A stretch of DNA of 64,000 bases from Candidatus Aminicenantes bacterium (GCA_027067555.1 JAMOVU010000172.1:6650-70649); one strand, 5' to 3'. Positions 17,516 to 27,330 are shown, counted from the first letter of the stretch. Numbers and translations are program-made. The notes: a model not told the origin generated them from the sequence alone.

Positions 17516-17589
17516 GGGCCTGTAGCTCAGTTGGCTAGAGCAGCCGGCTCATAACCGGCCGGTCACAGGTTCGAGTCCTGTCAGGCCCA
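17516..17589 (+). tRNA. tRNA-Met (anticodon CAU); elongator type, or tRNA-Ile2 if lysidinylated
   Basis: Cloverleaf by eye: acceptor GGGCCTG/CAGGCCC, D-arm GCTCAGTTGGCTAGAGC, anticodon stem GCCGG-CTCATAA-CCGGC, T-arm ACAGGTTCGAGTCCTGT, discriminator A; G1-C72 so not initiator. Confidence 0.85.
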
Positions 17590-17608
17590 TTTATCAAGGA
17601 GAGAAAAA

Positions 17609-18325
17609 TTGATCAGTCAAATCAGTGAGTTGATTAAGCTTCAAGATGTTGATAAGGAAATAATAAAGACCAAAAAAAAATTAAAAGAATTCCCGAAAAT
17701 TTTAAAAGAAATTAATGACAAAATAGAAAAAAGCATACAAATAGTGGAAGAGGCCAAAGAAAAATTAAAGAAAAACCAGATATTAAGAGATAAATTGGAG
17801 CTTGAAGTTGAAGATTTAAAGGGAAAAATTGATAAGAAAAAAACAGAGCTTAATTCAATAAAGACGAACAAAGAATATACTGCTATGATTAGTGAAATTG
17901 AACTTTTGGAGAAGAAAAAGGAAGAGGCTGAGGAGAAAGTAATTGCTTCTTTACTTGAGACAGATGAAATTCAGGAAGAAATAAAAAAAGCGGAAGAGGA
18001 AAGAGCCAAAGTAAAAGGCGTTTATGAAAAAGAAAAAGAAGAAGTTATCCAAAAACAAAAAGATGTGGAAGTTTACTTAAAGGAGTTGGAAGAAAAAAGA
18101 AAAAAGATTGCTTCTGAAATAGATGAAGAATACCTTAAACTTTATGAAGATCTGGGAAAAACCAAAGGCGGCATTCCTTTGTCTAAGGTTGTTGATGGTT
18201 TTTGCTCCGAATGTTATATGAAAGTAAGGCCCCATGTAATAGTTGAATTGAAGAAAGGTAAGGATATAGTTACCTGTGAGAATTGCGGAAGAATTCTCTA
18301 TCTTGAGGTAGAGGTAAAAGAATAG
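17609..18325 (+). CDS. coiled-coil protein with C-terminal C4 zinc ribbon (COG1579-like)
   Basis: Long KE-rich coiled coil then CSECYMKV...CENCGRIL; probable TTG start. Confidence 0.65.
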   Translation: MISQISELIKLQDVDKEIIKTKKKLKEFPKILKEINDKIEKSIQIVEEAKEKLKKNQILRDKLELEVEDLKGKIDKKKTELNSIKTNKEYTAMISEIELLEKKKEEAEEKVIASLLETDEIQEEIKKAEEERAKVKGVYEKEKEEVIQKQKDVEVYLKELEEKRKKIASEIDEEYLKLYEDLGKTKGGIPLSKVVDGFCSECYMKVRPHVIVELKKGKDIVTCENCGRILYLEVEVKE

Positions 18326-18326
18326 C

Positions 18327-20105
18327 TTAATCCAAAAGCATGGAAACAGAATCTTCAAGTTTTAAAATTTTTTCTCTCCTTGATTGTTCATTAAGGGAAT
18401 TATAATAATTACTTTTTTTGAATAAAAAATATAACTCCTGAAAGGCTGAGAGAAAATTTCTGTTTTTTATGTTTTCTATTATTTTATAATTTTTTTCAGG
18501 ATTAAAAGCCCCGGTAAGAGTTTCATCCTCGGGCCTTTCTATTTTTATCAGTGGATAATTATATTTATTGTTAATTTCTGATTTAAGAATGCCCCTTAAA
18601 ACCAATCCTTTAAAATTTTTCTTTTTTACTTTTAAGTAAGAGGGCGTATATGGATAGGGTATAAGATAAGAGCTTGTTGGCAAAATTTCAAATAGTTTGA
18701 ATTCCTTCACTAATTCCCACAGAATAAAAAACTCTTCAAAAAATTCATCCCATGTTGAATCTCTATCAAGAATTATCCAATAGTGATAGTTTAAAACTCC
18801 ATTTTCTTCGAATAATTTTACAATTTCTTTGAAATTTTTTGAGGATAATTTTTGTTTTCCCAATCTTTTTCTTCTCTTTTCCGAAAAAGCATCTGTCCCC
18901 AGCCAGAGAAGGGGAGAGCTAACATATAATGATTTGTCTCCTATTATTTTAATTAGAGATTCTTTTATTTCTCCGTTTTTTTCTACAAAACTGCTTAATG
19001 ATGTTTGAAACCCGTAAATTTTATAATTATTTTTTTTAATTGTATTTATAATCTCTTTTATTTTCTTATCAGCCAGAAGTATATCATCATCATTTATATT
19101 AATAAAAAAAGCAGAGGGTTCTTTTATTTTTTCTTTTTCTATTGTTTTTTTGTGTTTTTTTAATAATAAATCCAATCTTTGAGGAGATATAATCCTAAAA
19201 TTTCTTCCGTGAACATGGGAACAAAAAATACAGGAGCGGGGGCATCCCCTTGAAAGGTTAAGCTCCAATCCTCTTTTGAGCATTCCCTTTTCTATTAAAC
19301 TAAAATCTATTTCTATTGAGTTAATATTTGCTAATCTATTTGTTCTTTCTATATTTGATAGAATAAAATAATTATCATCATTATAAAAAAAACCTTCAAA
19401 TTCGGAAGCTTTGTTGAATATTGAGAGCAGAGTATTTTTGTCTATATTAACAATAAATCTTAATAGTTTGCTTATTTTTTCCTCTGCCTCTCCTCTGTAA
19501 AGGAAATTAATAAAGTCAAAATGTGCGATTGCCGGAATAGGGGAGAGAGTTGGGAAAGGGCCTCCGATTCCGATAATTCCTTTGTATGTTTTTCTTAGTT
19601 CTTTTAAATAATTTAAAGCTTTTGGAATAAGATCATCAAAAAGTGTAAATCCCCAGATTTTGTTATTATTTTGGGGAATGGATGATATTTCAAGGTCAAG
19701 AATTGATAGTTTTGTTGGTATTTTTGATTTTAAAGTTTTACTTCCAAGATAGAGAATTGAAGAGGGATAAGGCATATCTTTCCATCTTGAGTCAAAAATA
19801 GAGGAAAAAAAGGAAAAAGTTATGCTTGGTTTCTCAGTGCACTGAAAAATTTTTTCTTTTGTTTTATCAAAGCTTTCATAGATTTCTCTTTTTACTAAGA
19901 AAATACCATTTGAAGTATTTAATTTTAACTGCTTCCCCTCTGACAAGGGAGGTTCTATTATCCCGCCTTTTAAGTTATCTTTGTTTAATTCTTTTATAAT
20001 TTCAAGGTATTCTTCATTTTTTAATTTTATTTTTTTACTTTTTTTTATAACCCAGACTCCTCTGTAATCATACGGATTCGGTAATTGTGAGGGAATCTCT
20101 TTCAT
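18327..20105 (-). CDS. B12-binding-domain radical SAM protein with about 140-aa N-terminal extension
   Basis: LSRGCPRSCIFCS (CxxxCxxC) preceded by a Rossmann-like IIGIGGPFPTL...YRGEAEE segment typical of class B radical-SAM B12-binding domains. Confidence 0.65.
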   Translation of the reverse strand: MKEIPSQLPNPYDYRGVWVIKKSKKIKLKNEEYLEIIKELNKDNLKGGIIEPPLSEGKQLKLNTSNGIFLVKREIYESFDKTKEKIFQCTEKPSITFSFFSSIFDSRWKDMPYPSSILYLGSKTLKSKIPTKLSILDLEISSIPQNNNKIWGFTLFDDLIPKALNYLKELRKTYKGIIGIGGPFPTLSPIPAIAHFDFINFLYRGEAEEKISKLLRFIVNIDKNTLLSIFNKASEFEGFFYNDDNYFILSNIERTNRLANINSIEIDFSLIEKGMLKRGLELNLSRGCPRSCIFCSHVHGRNFRIISPQRLDLLLKKHKKTIEKEKIKEPSAFFININDDDILLADKKIKEIINTIKKNNYKIYGFQTSLSSFVEKNGEIKESLIKIIGDKSLYVSSPLLWLGTDAFSEKRRKRLGKQKLSSKNFKEIVKLFEENGVLNYHYWIILDRDSTWDEFFEEFFILWELVKEFKLFEILPTSSYLIPYPYTPSYLKVKKKNFKGLVLRGILKSEINNKYNYPLIKIERPEDETLTGAFNPEKNYKIIENIKNRNFLSAFQELYFLFKKSNYYNSLNEQSRREKILKLEDSVSMLLD

Positions 20106-20125
20106 AAAATGTTTTTAATTTTAAA

Positions 20126-20758
20126 TTAGTTAACCGATTTATTCTCTTCTATAACCTTTCTTATCTGTTCGAAAACATCGGAAAAGCTTTCAATTAAAGG
20201 TATTAATTCATACTCAATTATATCAGCTGCTTCCACATCATCTCTTCTTTGCTGGGCATTATTGAATGTTTCAAAAATTTTATTTAAATTTTGGAATTTT
20301 TCCGCAACAGTTGTTCCATCACTTAGTGTAAGTTTGTTTAGATCAAATTTGTAAAGATTGTGTAGGTTTATAAAAAGAGTAATAATTAACTTAATCCCTT
20401 CAAGTCCTCCGTTTATGGCTTGATTCTTTTTCTCTGTTTCCCCTGTTCTTAAAAATTCCGCTGCTCCGTTTAAGATTTTTATAAGATCCGGTATGAATTT
20501 TTTTACATTATCAATTCCGCTTTCCGCTATTTCTGAGATTTTTCTTGTTGTAATTTCTATTTTAGATATTTTATCAGGTGTTTTGTCAAATTGTGTTCCG
20601 GAAATAATAGATGTTATATCTTCCCCATCCGCAGTAATTTTTGCTATTCCTCGTAGGTGTTTCCCGGCTTCTGCGTAGATTGCTTGCAAAAGCTCATCCC
20701 ACTTTTCCAAATTGCCATTGAATTGAAAAGGCTCCCCATCCAGATAAATTTCGGGCAT
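20126..20758 (-). CDS. hypothetical soluble protein (no recognisable domain)
   Basis: 210 aa, no TM, no motif recognised; positioned between GT2 and radical-SAM genes on same strand with 20-bp and 10-bp gaps. Confidence 0.35.
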   Translation of the reverse strand: MPEIYLDGEPFQFNGNLEKWDELLQAIYAEAGKHLRGIAKITADGEDITSIISGTQFDKTPDKISKIEITTRKISEIAESGIDNVKKFIPDLIKILNGAAEFLRTGETEKKNQAINGGLEGIKLIITLFINLHNLYKFDLNKLTLSDGTTVAEKFQNLNKIFETFNNAQQRRDDVEAADIIEYELIPLIESFSDVFEQIRKVIEENKSVN

Positions 20759-20768
20759 AATACCTCCT

Positions 20769-22256
20769 TTATTTTGCTAATTTAAGGCTTTTCTTTCGTA
20801 ATAAATATAGCTTTATATCTTCTGAAAAAGACAAAAGTGCCATGTATAAATAACCAAATTGGAATATTAAAAGGAAAGGTATTGTAAGATAGATTCCTTT
20901 CTGAATTGAAACTATGACTGTTATTGTAAAATATATTCCAAAGAGAAGCTCTATGAATGGAAGGTAACCCATTTTGGATTTGTATTTTTTATTTGTAATG
21001 TCTTCTCCTGATTTTTTCACCCCGTATTTAGGTGTTCTCACGAATTCTGAATCTTTGCTGTCAAACAATCCCTGCCAAACTGCTATTGCATTATTAACAG
21101 ATAAGCCTATTCCTATTGCAGAAACAAATGGAAGGTACTTAATTTTTCTACTCCACTTTTTTAATACCTGCTTTTGAGCAAAAAAGTAGAAACTTGAAAA
21201 TGAAAATGTTGCAAGTAAGAGAAATGGAATATCTATTAGAATCATTTGGTCCCAGTTGAGATTTCTTCTGATTATTACGGTTGGGAAAATGGCTATTGAT
21301 AGGGGAATCATAAAAAGATAAGCTATATTTGCGCATAAATGAAAAAAAGCTTCCAATTTTATTTTTAATGGAAGATTTGATTTTATAATCCTGGGCATAA
21401 GTTTTTTACCTGTTTGGATAGCTCCTTTAGCCCAACGATGTTGTTGTGTTTTAAAAGCTTTTATGCTTACAGGAAGCTCTGCCGGTGAGATTAGATCAGG
21501 GATATAAACAAATTCCCAGCCTTTCATCTGAACCCTGTAACTTAGATCAAGATCCTCTGTTAGAGTATCATGCTGCCAGCCACCACCATCAATTATAGCC
21601 TGTTTCCTCCAGATCCCTCCGGTTCCGTTAAAATTAAAAAATCTTCCCGATCTGTTTCTTACTGTATGCTCAAGTACAAAATGTCCATCAAGAAGAATTG
21701 ATTGAACCTCTGTGAGAAGAGAGTAGTTTCTGTTTATATGTCCCCATCTTATTTGGACCATACCTACTTTGGGGTCTGTAAAATAGTGTATGGTTTTCTT
21801 CAAAAATTCCGGTGGGGGAATAAAATCAGCATCAAATATTGCAAAGAATTCATACTTTGCAATATTCATCCCATTTTCAAGGGCACCTGCCTTATAGCCT
21901 TTTCGATCCTCTCTGTGAATATGTTTTATGTCGAATCCCTCTTTTTTATATCTTTCTACAACCTTCGCAACTAAATCTTTTGTTTCATCCGTGGAATCAT
22001 CGAGGACTTGAATTTCTAATTTTTCTTTCGGATAATCAAATTTACATACCGCATCTATTAATCTTTCAGCAACATACATTTCATTGTAAAGCGGAAGTTG
22101 AACTGTAACTCCCGGAAGTTCTTTAAATTTACCTTTGGGTTCTTTCCTGTCATTACGGTGTTTCCAGTAAAGGTAGAGTAAATAGTATCTATGCGCACCA
22201 AATACAGATAAAATCAACAAGAGTATAAAATAAAAAACAAGTATTGCAATATCCAT
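20769..22256 (-). CDS. family 2 processive glycosyltransferase (cellulose/chitin synthase-like, membrane-integrated)
   Basis: D,D,D and QQHRW (QxxRW) motifs, N-terminal TM plus about 4 C-terminal TM helices. Confidence 0.8.
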   Translation of the reverse strand: MDIAILVFYFILLLILSVFGAHRYYLLYLYWKHRNDRKEPKGKFKELPGVTVQLPLYNEMYVAERLIDAVCKFDYPKEKLEIQVLDDSTDETKDLVAKVVERYKKEGFDIKHIHREDRKGYKAGALENGMNIAKYEFFAIFDADFIPPPEFLKKTIHYFTDPKVGMVQIRWGHINRNYSLLTEVQSILLDGHFVLEHTVRNRSGRFFNFNGTGGIWRKQAIIDGGGWQHDTLTEDLDLSYRVQMKGWEFVYIPDLISPAELPVSIKAFKTQQHRWAKGAIQTGKKLMPRIIKSNLPLKIKLEAFFHLCANIAYLFMIPLSIAIFPTVIIRRNLNWDQMILIDIPFLLLATFSFSSFYFFAQKQVLKKWSRKIKYLPFVSAIGIGLSVNNAIAVWQGLFDSKDSEFVRTPKYGVKKSGEDITNKKYKSKMGYLPFIELLFGIYFTITVIVSIQKGIYLTIPFLLIFQFGYLYMALLSFSEDIKLYLLRKKSLKLAK

Positions 22257-22330
22257 TAGCTAAGTATTTTAAACTTAATTAATGCTTTTGTCAATTTTTC
22301 TGCCTGTTTTATTGATATTTTGTGCTCTTT

Positions 22331-23683
22331 TCAGAAAACATATGTTAGCAAAATTACAAATAGAACTACAGGTACAAAGTATTTGATAAATATCTTCCAC
22401 AAACCGGCAAGTTTAAACTTTTTTCCGTTTTTGGTAATTTCTTTTATAGCTTTATCTGCTCCCCACACATATCCAACAAATATAGTTATTAGGAAACCTC
22501 CTAAAAGAAGTGAGATATTTCCCCATAAAAGATCCATTATTGAAAGAAAATCTTTCTTAAAGATGGGAAGGTTTGAAAAAAAGTTTCCCTTTACATTTGC
22601 CAATATTGATGGAACTCCAAAAATAAAGGAGAGAACTCCTACTGCAATGGCCGCTTTTTTTCTCTTCCACTTTTTTTCATCTATTAGATAAGCAACAGGT
22701 ACCTCCAGCAGAGAGATAGTTGATGTTAAAGCTGCTATTACCAGAAGTAAAAAGAAGAGGAAACCAAAAATAGCTCCCCCTGGAATTTTTGAAAAGACTA
22801 CAGGAAGAACAATGAAAACCAGAGCCGGACCCTGCTGAGGACTCATTCCAGGAATTGTGAATAAAGTAGGAAAAATTACAAGACCTGCTATAATGGCAAC
22901 AAATGTGTCCAATGAAACTACCCATAGAGCCGAGGATGGCAAATAATCTTCATCAGATATATAACTCCCATAAGTCATAATAGTTCCCATTCCAAGAGAG
23001 AGTGAAAAAAATGCCTGAGTGATTGCAAATAAAATAACCCTTGAATTTATTTTTGTGAAATCGGGTTTTAAGTAAAAGGCAAGTCCTTTTGAAGCTCCTT
23101 CAAAAAGTACAGCCCTTATTGAAAGATAAATAAGTATAATAAATAACATGGGCATTAGGATTTTTGTTAATTTCTCTATTCCCCCTTTTATTCCCAATGA
23201 TACGACAAGTACAGTTATTAAGATAAAAAGAGAAAATAGAATAAGATTTAGTCCTATATTGGAAGAAAAGTGAACAAACATATTTTGAACAAACTCTTCG
23301 GTTAATTTATGGGAGAAATCTCCTCTTATAGACTTTACTGCATATCCGAGAGTCCATCCCGCAATAACTCCGTAGTAAGAGAGAATCATGACTGCCGTAA
23401 AAACTCCAAGGATCCCCACCAAAAACCATGGGCCCTTAGGCTTAATTTGTTTAAAAGCTCCGACAGGATTCTTTTTTGTCATCCTTCCCATTGAGACTTC
23501 TGCTAAAAAAACCACAAGTCCGATTAAGAAAACCGCTATTAAATAAACAAAAACAAAGGCTGCTCCACCATTCATTCCTGTTTGATAGGGAAATCGCCAG
23601 ATATTTCCCAATCCAACAGCAGAACCAGCTGCTGCAAAAATAAAGGCTACCTTTGAGCCCCAGCCACCTCTTTCGTTTTTCAT
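22331..23683 (-). CDS. neurotransmitter:sodium symporter (NSS/SNF) family transporter
   Basis: GLGNIWRFPY signature, 12 TM. Confidence 0.85.
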   Translation of the reverse strand: MKNERGGWGSKVAFIFAAAGSAVGLGNIWRFPYQTGMNGGAAFVFVYLIAVFLIGLVVFLAEVSMGRMTKKNPVGAFKQIKPKGPWFLVGILGVFTAVMILSYYGVIAGWTLGYAVKSIRGDFSHKLTEEFVQNMFVHFSSNIGLNLILFSLFILITVLVVSLGIKGGIEKLTKILMPMLFIILIYLSIRAVLFEGASKGLAFYLKPDFTKINSRVILFAITQAFFSLSLGMGTIMTYGSYISDEDYLPSSALWVVSLDTFVAIIAGLVIFPTLFTIPGMSPQQGPALVFIVLPVVFSKIPGGAIFGFLFFLLLVIAALTSTISLLEVPVAYLIDEKKWKRKKAAIAVGVLSFIFGVPSILANVKGNFFSNLPIFKKDFLSIMDLLWGNISLLLGGFLITIFVGYVWGADKAIKEITKNGKKFKLAGLWKIFIKYFVPVVLFVILLTYVF

Positions 23684-23833
23684 CTTTTTCTCCCGAAATT
23701 AATTTGTTCATAATTGTAAAATATTATTGTAATTTTTTCAAAAACTTTTTTTCTCCTAATTTTACTAAAGAGAAGATTATTGACAAATTCTCTCTCTTTA
23801 AGTAAGATATAGGACTTTAATTGGAGAATTCAG

Positions 23834-24190
23834 ATGGGCCTTTCCCAGAGTTTTATTAAAAGAATGAAAAAAAAGTTGGAAAAAAGAAGAGAAGAAATTT
23901 TGGAAACATTGGAAGATCTTATTAAAAGGTCCAGTTCAGATAATGATATGGCAATGGATGAAGGGGATAAATCTCTTATTCATTACAGTCTTCACTATCT
24001 TTCCCAGCTTTCCGCAAGAGAGCTTAACACCTATAAGGCAATTGATGTAGCCCTTAAAAAAATTGAAAATGGGACTTACGGGGTGTGTGAGCACTGCGGG
24101 AAAGAGATAAATCCTAAGAGAATAGAAGCTATCCCTTGGGCCAAGTACTGTGTTGAATGTCAGGAAAAAATAGAAAAGGGCTATATCTGA
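23834..24190 (+). CDS. DksA/TraR-family C4 zinc-finger protein
   Basis: C-terminal CEHCGKEI...CVECQ four-Cys finger preceded by coiled-coil; TTGACA-17-TAAGAT promoter upstream. Confidence 0.65.
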   Translation: MGLSQSFIKRMKKKLEKRREEILETLEDLIKRSSSDNDMAMDEGDKSLIHYSLHYLSQLSARELNTYKAIDVALKKIENGTYGVCEHCGKEINPKRIEAIPWAKYCVECQEKIEKGYI

Positions 24191-24861
24191 TAAAAAGGAT
24201 TTTATCAACTCTTCTTAATCTTGTTTATCCTTCTTATTGTAAATTATGCGGAAAAAAGTTAAAATCAGAAGAGCGAATTGTTTGTGGTGATTGTATTGAA
24301 AAACTTAATCATTTCCGTTTTAGAGAGCCTTTAATTAAACTTGATGAGAACTCTGTTTTATATTCATTTTTTATTTTTGAGGACACTGTAAAAGATTTTA
24401 TTCATCTTTTCAAATACTATGGTTATATCCCTGTAGGTAAAAAGATGGTTGAACTGGTGGAAGAAAAGTATGAACTCTCTTTTTTAAAAAATTATGATTA
24501 TTATCTTCCCGTACCCCTTCATAAAAAAAGATTAAGAGATAGAGGGTTTAATCAGGCGGAGCTTATAGGTGAGTGGCTTTTTGAGAAGCGAAATGTTGAA
24601 AAATTGGCCTTTCTGGAAAGAATAAAAAGAGGGCTGCCCCAGGCTTCTTTGACAAAAGCGGAGAGAACCAGGAATATAAAAGGTAGTTTTGTTTTGAAAG
24701 ATGCTTTGAAAAACAGGGAAGTTTTTAAGGGTAGAAATGTTTTGGTGATTGATGATATTCTAACAAGCGGAGCAACTTTTTTTGAAATAAGAAAAACGCT
24801 TACTCCTTTGGAATTCAATAGGATTGATATCCTGACTTTATCAACACCTCGTAAATCTTAA
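24157..24861 (+). CDS. comF: ComF-family phosphoribosyltransferase (competence protein ComFC-like)
   Basis: N-terminal CxxC..CxxC zinc finger then PRTase motif VLVIDDILTSGATF. Confidence 0.75.
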   Translation: MSGKNRKGLYLIKRILSTLLNLVYPSYCKLCGKKLKSEERIVCGDCIEKLNHFRFREPLIKLDENSVLYSFFIFEDTVKDFIHLFKYYGYIPVGKKMVELVEEKYELSFLKNYDYYLPVPLHKKRLRDRGFNQAELIGEWLFEKRNVEKLAFLERIKRGLPQASLTKAERTRNIKGSFVLKDALKNREVFKGRNVLVIDDILTSGATFFEIRKTLTPLEFNRIDILTLSTPRKS

Positions 24862-24897
24862 ACTTTACTTATTTTCCTTTTTCTGTTATAAAATTCG

Positions 24898-27222
24898 ATG
24901 AAAAAAACATTGCTTGTTTTTCTATTATTCAGTTTTTTTTCTTTATCTTTTTTTTATGGAAATGAAGGAAATGGTAATGAAAATTATCAGATTGATAATT
25001 TATTACTTTCTCTGCTTCCCGGTGGAAATTTCCTGAACTCTTCGTTTGAAAATTTTTTCCCGACAACTACTTTTTTGATAGAGGAAAGCAATGGTTTCTC
25101 TTTGCTGGATTTAAGCAAGGTATACTTTGAAGGGGAATCCCCATTAAATTTTAAATTTTACATTGAAGATTTTTATGCAAGCTCTACTCTGAATCCAGGC
25201 ACAAATTCAATTTTGGCTCCTTTACTTAATATTTATGATTATCACTTGAGAACATCGGATAATTTAAAATCCGGCTTTGATTTGGATATAAGCAAAAATA
25301 TTGATTTGAACAGATTCTATTTTTCGTCTGTTTATACTGATCTTGGCTCATTTCCTGATTTTGCAACATCTCTTATGAATAAACATCCTTCCACGAGGGA
25401 TGATAAACTTTACTATACGAGAAGAAAACTACTTTCAAACAATATTATTGGATTTTCAAAAGACATTGATTTAAACAGCTCCAACCTTTTTGTTTCTTTT
25501 TCTTATGTTAATTTAAAAAGACAATTCAATGATTTCTCAAAAGAGAAAGATTCTGTTTTTAATGAAAGGGGGGAACTATTTTCCTTTCTCTCTCTTTATA
25601 AAAAATCCTTTGATAATTCTACTTTGAAAATTATTACAGCTTTAAACAAAAGATTCAGGGATCATCTGAATTCTGAGTTTGGAAGATTACCTTCGGAAAC
25701 TTTTGGAAATAGCTATTTTTCTTTTTTAACAGGTTTTCTTTACAAGGGAGAAAATTATTTTATTAAAAATTCATTTCTATATGAGAGTGAAAACAGGACT
25801 CCTGATTTTTCTTACTATGAAAAGGATATGATGGATAATGATGGTGATGCAATTTATCTTTTTGATAGGTTTGGTAAATTTGGGGCTTTTACAATTTCGG
25901 TTGATGGGGAAAAGAGATTTGATATTAGTAAAAATTTTGATTTCTATTTTTTCTCTATAAATAGATTAACTTTTATTAAGGGAGATGAAGGAGATTATGG
26001 GAACTCTTTGCTTTTGTTTGGTGGAACTCCTTTGTATAATGTAGTATGGAGAGCCGGAGAGAAATATTCTAATACAAAGACTCAATTATTATTGGGGACT
26101 GCTTTTAATTATATAATAACGGATTTTTTAACCCTTCAAGGCAGACTGTATATTAAATCATCCCTTTTGGGGTTTGAAAACAGGGAAAATAATCTGGTTC
26201 TTAGCGGGGGGGCTTTTGACCTTAAAGCTATACTGTTTAAAGGGAAAAGGGCAGAGTTTTTAATTTATTATGGGCGGAAACCTCAGGATATAAACGAGAC
26301 TCTAAACTTTTTTCTTGAGGCACGGAGACCCTCCGGAACCTTTTATGATTTAAAGGGAGAGACTATCTCATATACCGGCGGCTCTTACCATAGTGTTTCA
26401 AGTGATATAAAGACTCCGTACGAAAAAAGGTTTATTATTTCATCTATAATCAATTTATCAAAGGTTTTTAAATTAAAAATAAGAGGACTTTATGTTCAAT
26501 TTCTTAATAATCTCTGGGTTAATTATGAAGATTATGATGGTTATTATAAAAGAGTAGATGGTTTTAACCTCTATTTCCCTAAAAAAGCCTCGTATTATAA
26601 TTTTTCAAATTATGAATTTGATAAGAACCCGTTTTATGCTGAGTTTATGCTTCATCTTTTTGGTAGAAAAGAGAAAAAATGGTTTTTTTCATTTTCATTT
26701 ATGGCGCATATGGGGATGGGATACACTGCTTTTGGAAATGGGCCGGTTTACAATGATATAGGTTATATTGATGAAAGTATGGCAAATCCAAACACATGGA
26801 TAAATGGATATGGCAGAGTGGATGGGGATAGAGCTTTTGTCGGAAGAATACTGTTTGGAATCTATCTTACTAAAAATCTTAGTTTGGGAGCAAATATTAA
26901 GTACAGGGATGGTGAACCCTTTGCGTTTATAAAGTATTATATTGATAATGGAAGACTTGCTCTTTACTATCCTCACATACAGGCAGAGGATGAAAGAGGT
27001 GTAAAAGGGGGGCCTCGTGAGGATTGTATCTGGGATATGAGTTTTAAAATTAATTATTCTCTCGAATTTGGCAAAAGAAAAGCAAATGTTTTTATCTCCT
27101 TTTTTAATATTCTTGATGTTGGAGCAGAACTTTCGGAATATGTTTTTACTCCTGATAGAAGAGATGCTGTTGAGCTTCAAATACCGAGAAGTTTAAGATT
27201 TGGCCTGGAATATATCTTCTAA
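24898..27222 (+). CDS. large predicted outer-membrane protein (signal peptide, beta-rich, C-terminal ...RFGLEYIF)
   Basis: Signal peptide MKKTLLVFLLFSFFSLSFFYG; amphipathic beta-strand-like repeats with Tyr/Phe; terminal Phe as in OM beta-barrels. No specific family recognised. Confidence 0.5.
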   Translation: MKKTLLVFLLFSFFSLSFFYGNEGNGNENYQIDNLLLSLLPGGNFLNSSFENFFPTTTFLIEESNGFSLLDLSKVYFEGESPLNFKFYIEDFYASSTLNPGTNSILAPLLNIYDYHLRTSDNLKSGFDLDISKNIDLNRFYFSSVYTDLGSFPDFATSLMNKHPSTRDDKLYYTRRKLLSNNIIGFSKDIDLNSSNLFVSFSYVNLKRQFNDFSKEKDSVFNERGELFSFLSLYKKSFDNSTLKIITALNKRFRDHLNSEFGRLPSETFGNSYFSFLTGFLYKGENYFIKNSFLYESENRTPDFSYYEKDMMDNDGDAIYLFDRFGKFGAFTISVDGEKRFDISKNFDFYFFSINRLTFIKGDEGDYGNSLLLFGGTPLYNVVWRAGEKYSNTKTQLLLGTAFNYIITDFLTLQGRLYIKSSLLGFENRENNLVLSGGAFDLKAILFKGKRAEFLIYYGRKPQDINETLNFFLEARRPSGTFYDLKGETISYTGGSYHSVSSDIKTPYEKRFIISSIINLSKVFKLKIRGLYVQFLNNLWVNYEDYDGYYKRVDGFNLYFPKKASYYNFSNYEFDKNPFYAEFMLHLFGRKEKKWFFSFSFMAHMGMGYTAFGNGPVYNDIGYIDESMANPNTWINGYGRVDGDRAFVGRILFGIYLTKNLSLGANIKYRDGEPFAFIKYYIDNGRLALYYPHIQAEDERGVKGGPREDCIWDMSFKINYSLEFGKRKANVFISFFNILDVGAELSEYVFTPDRRDAVELQIPRSLRFGLEYIF

Positions 27223-27314
27223 CCCTCAAGTCATTTTTTTGCATAAAAAATTAAATTTTGTCAAAAAACAGACACCTCTTGGCAAAGAATCATTTTTTTA
27301 CCATACTATTATAG

Positions 27315-27330
27315 TGGCACGCTTTTTGAT
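27315..27330 (+). promoter_or_regulatory. candidate sigma54 (-24/-12) promoter upstream of flgB
   Basis: TGGCACGctttTTGA: GG and the -12 element spaced as in the TGGCACG-N4-TTGC consensus, but -12 GC is GA here. Confidence 0.3.

Noticed and set aside
17516-18325. tRNA gene as a possible integration hotspot for a genomic island
   Set aside because: No integrase, direct repeat of the tRNA 3' end, or compositionally distinct block follows. The next gene is a conserved COG1579-type zinc-ribbon protein.
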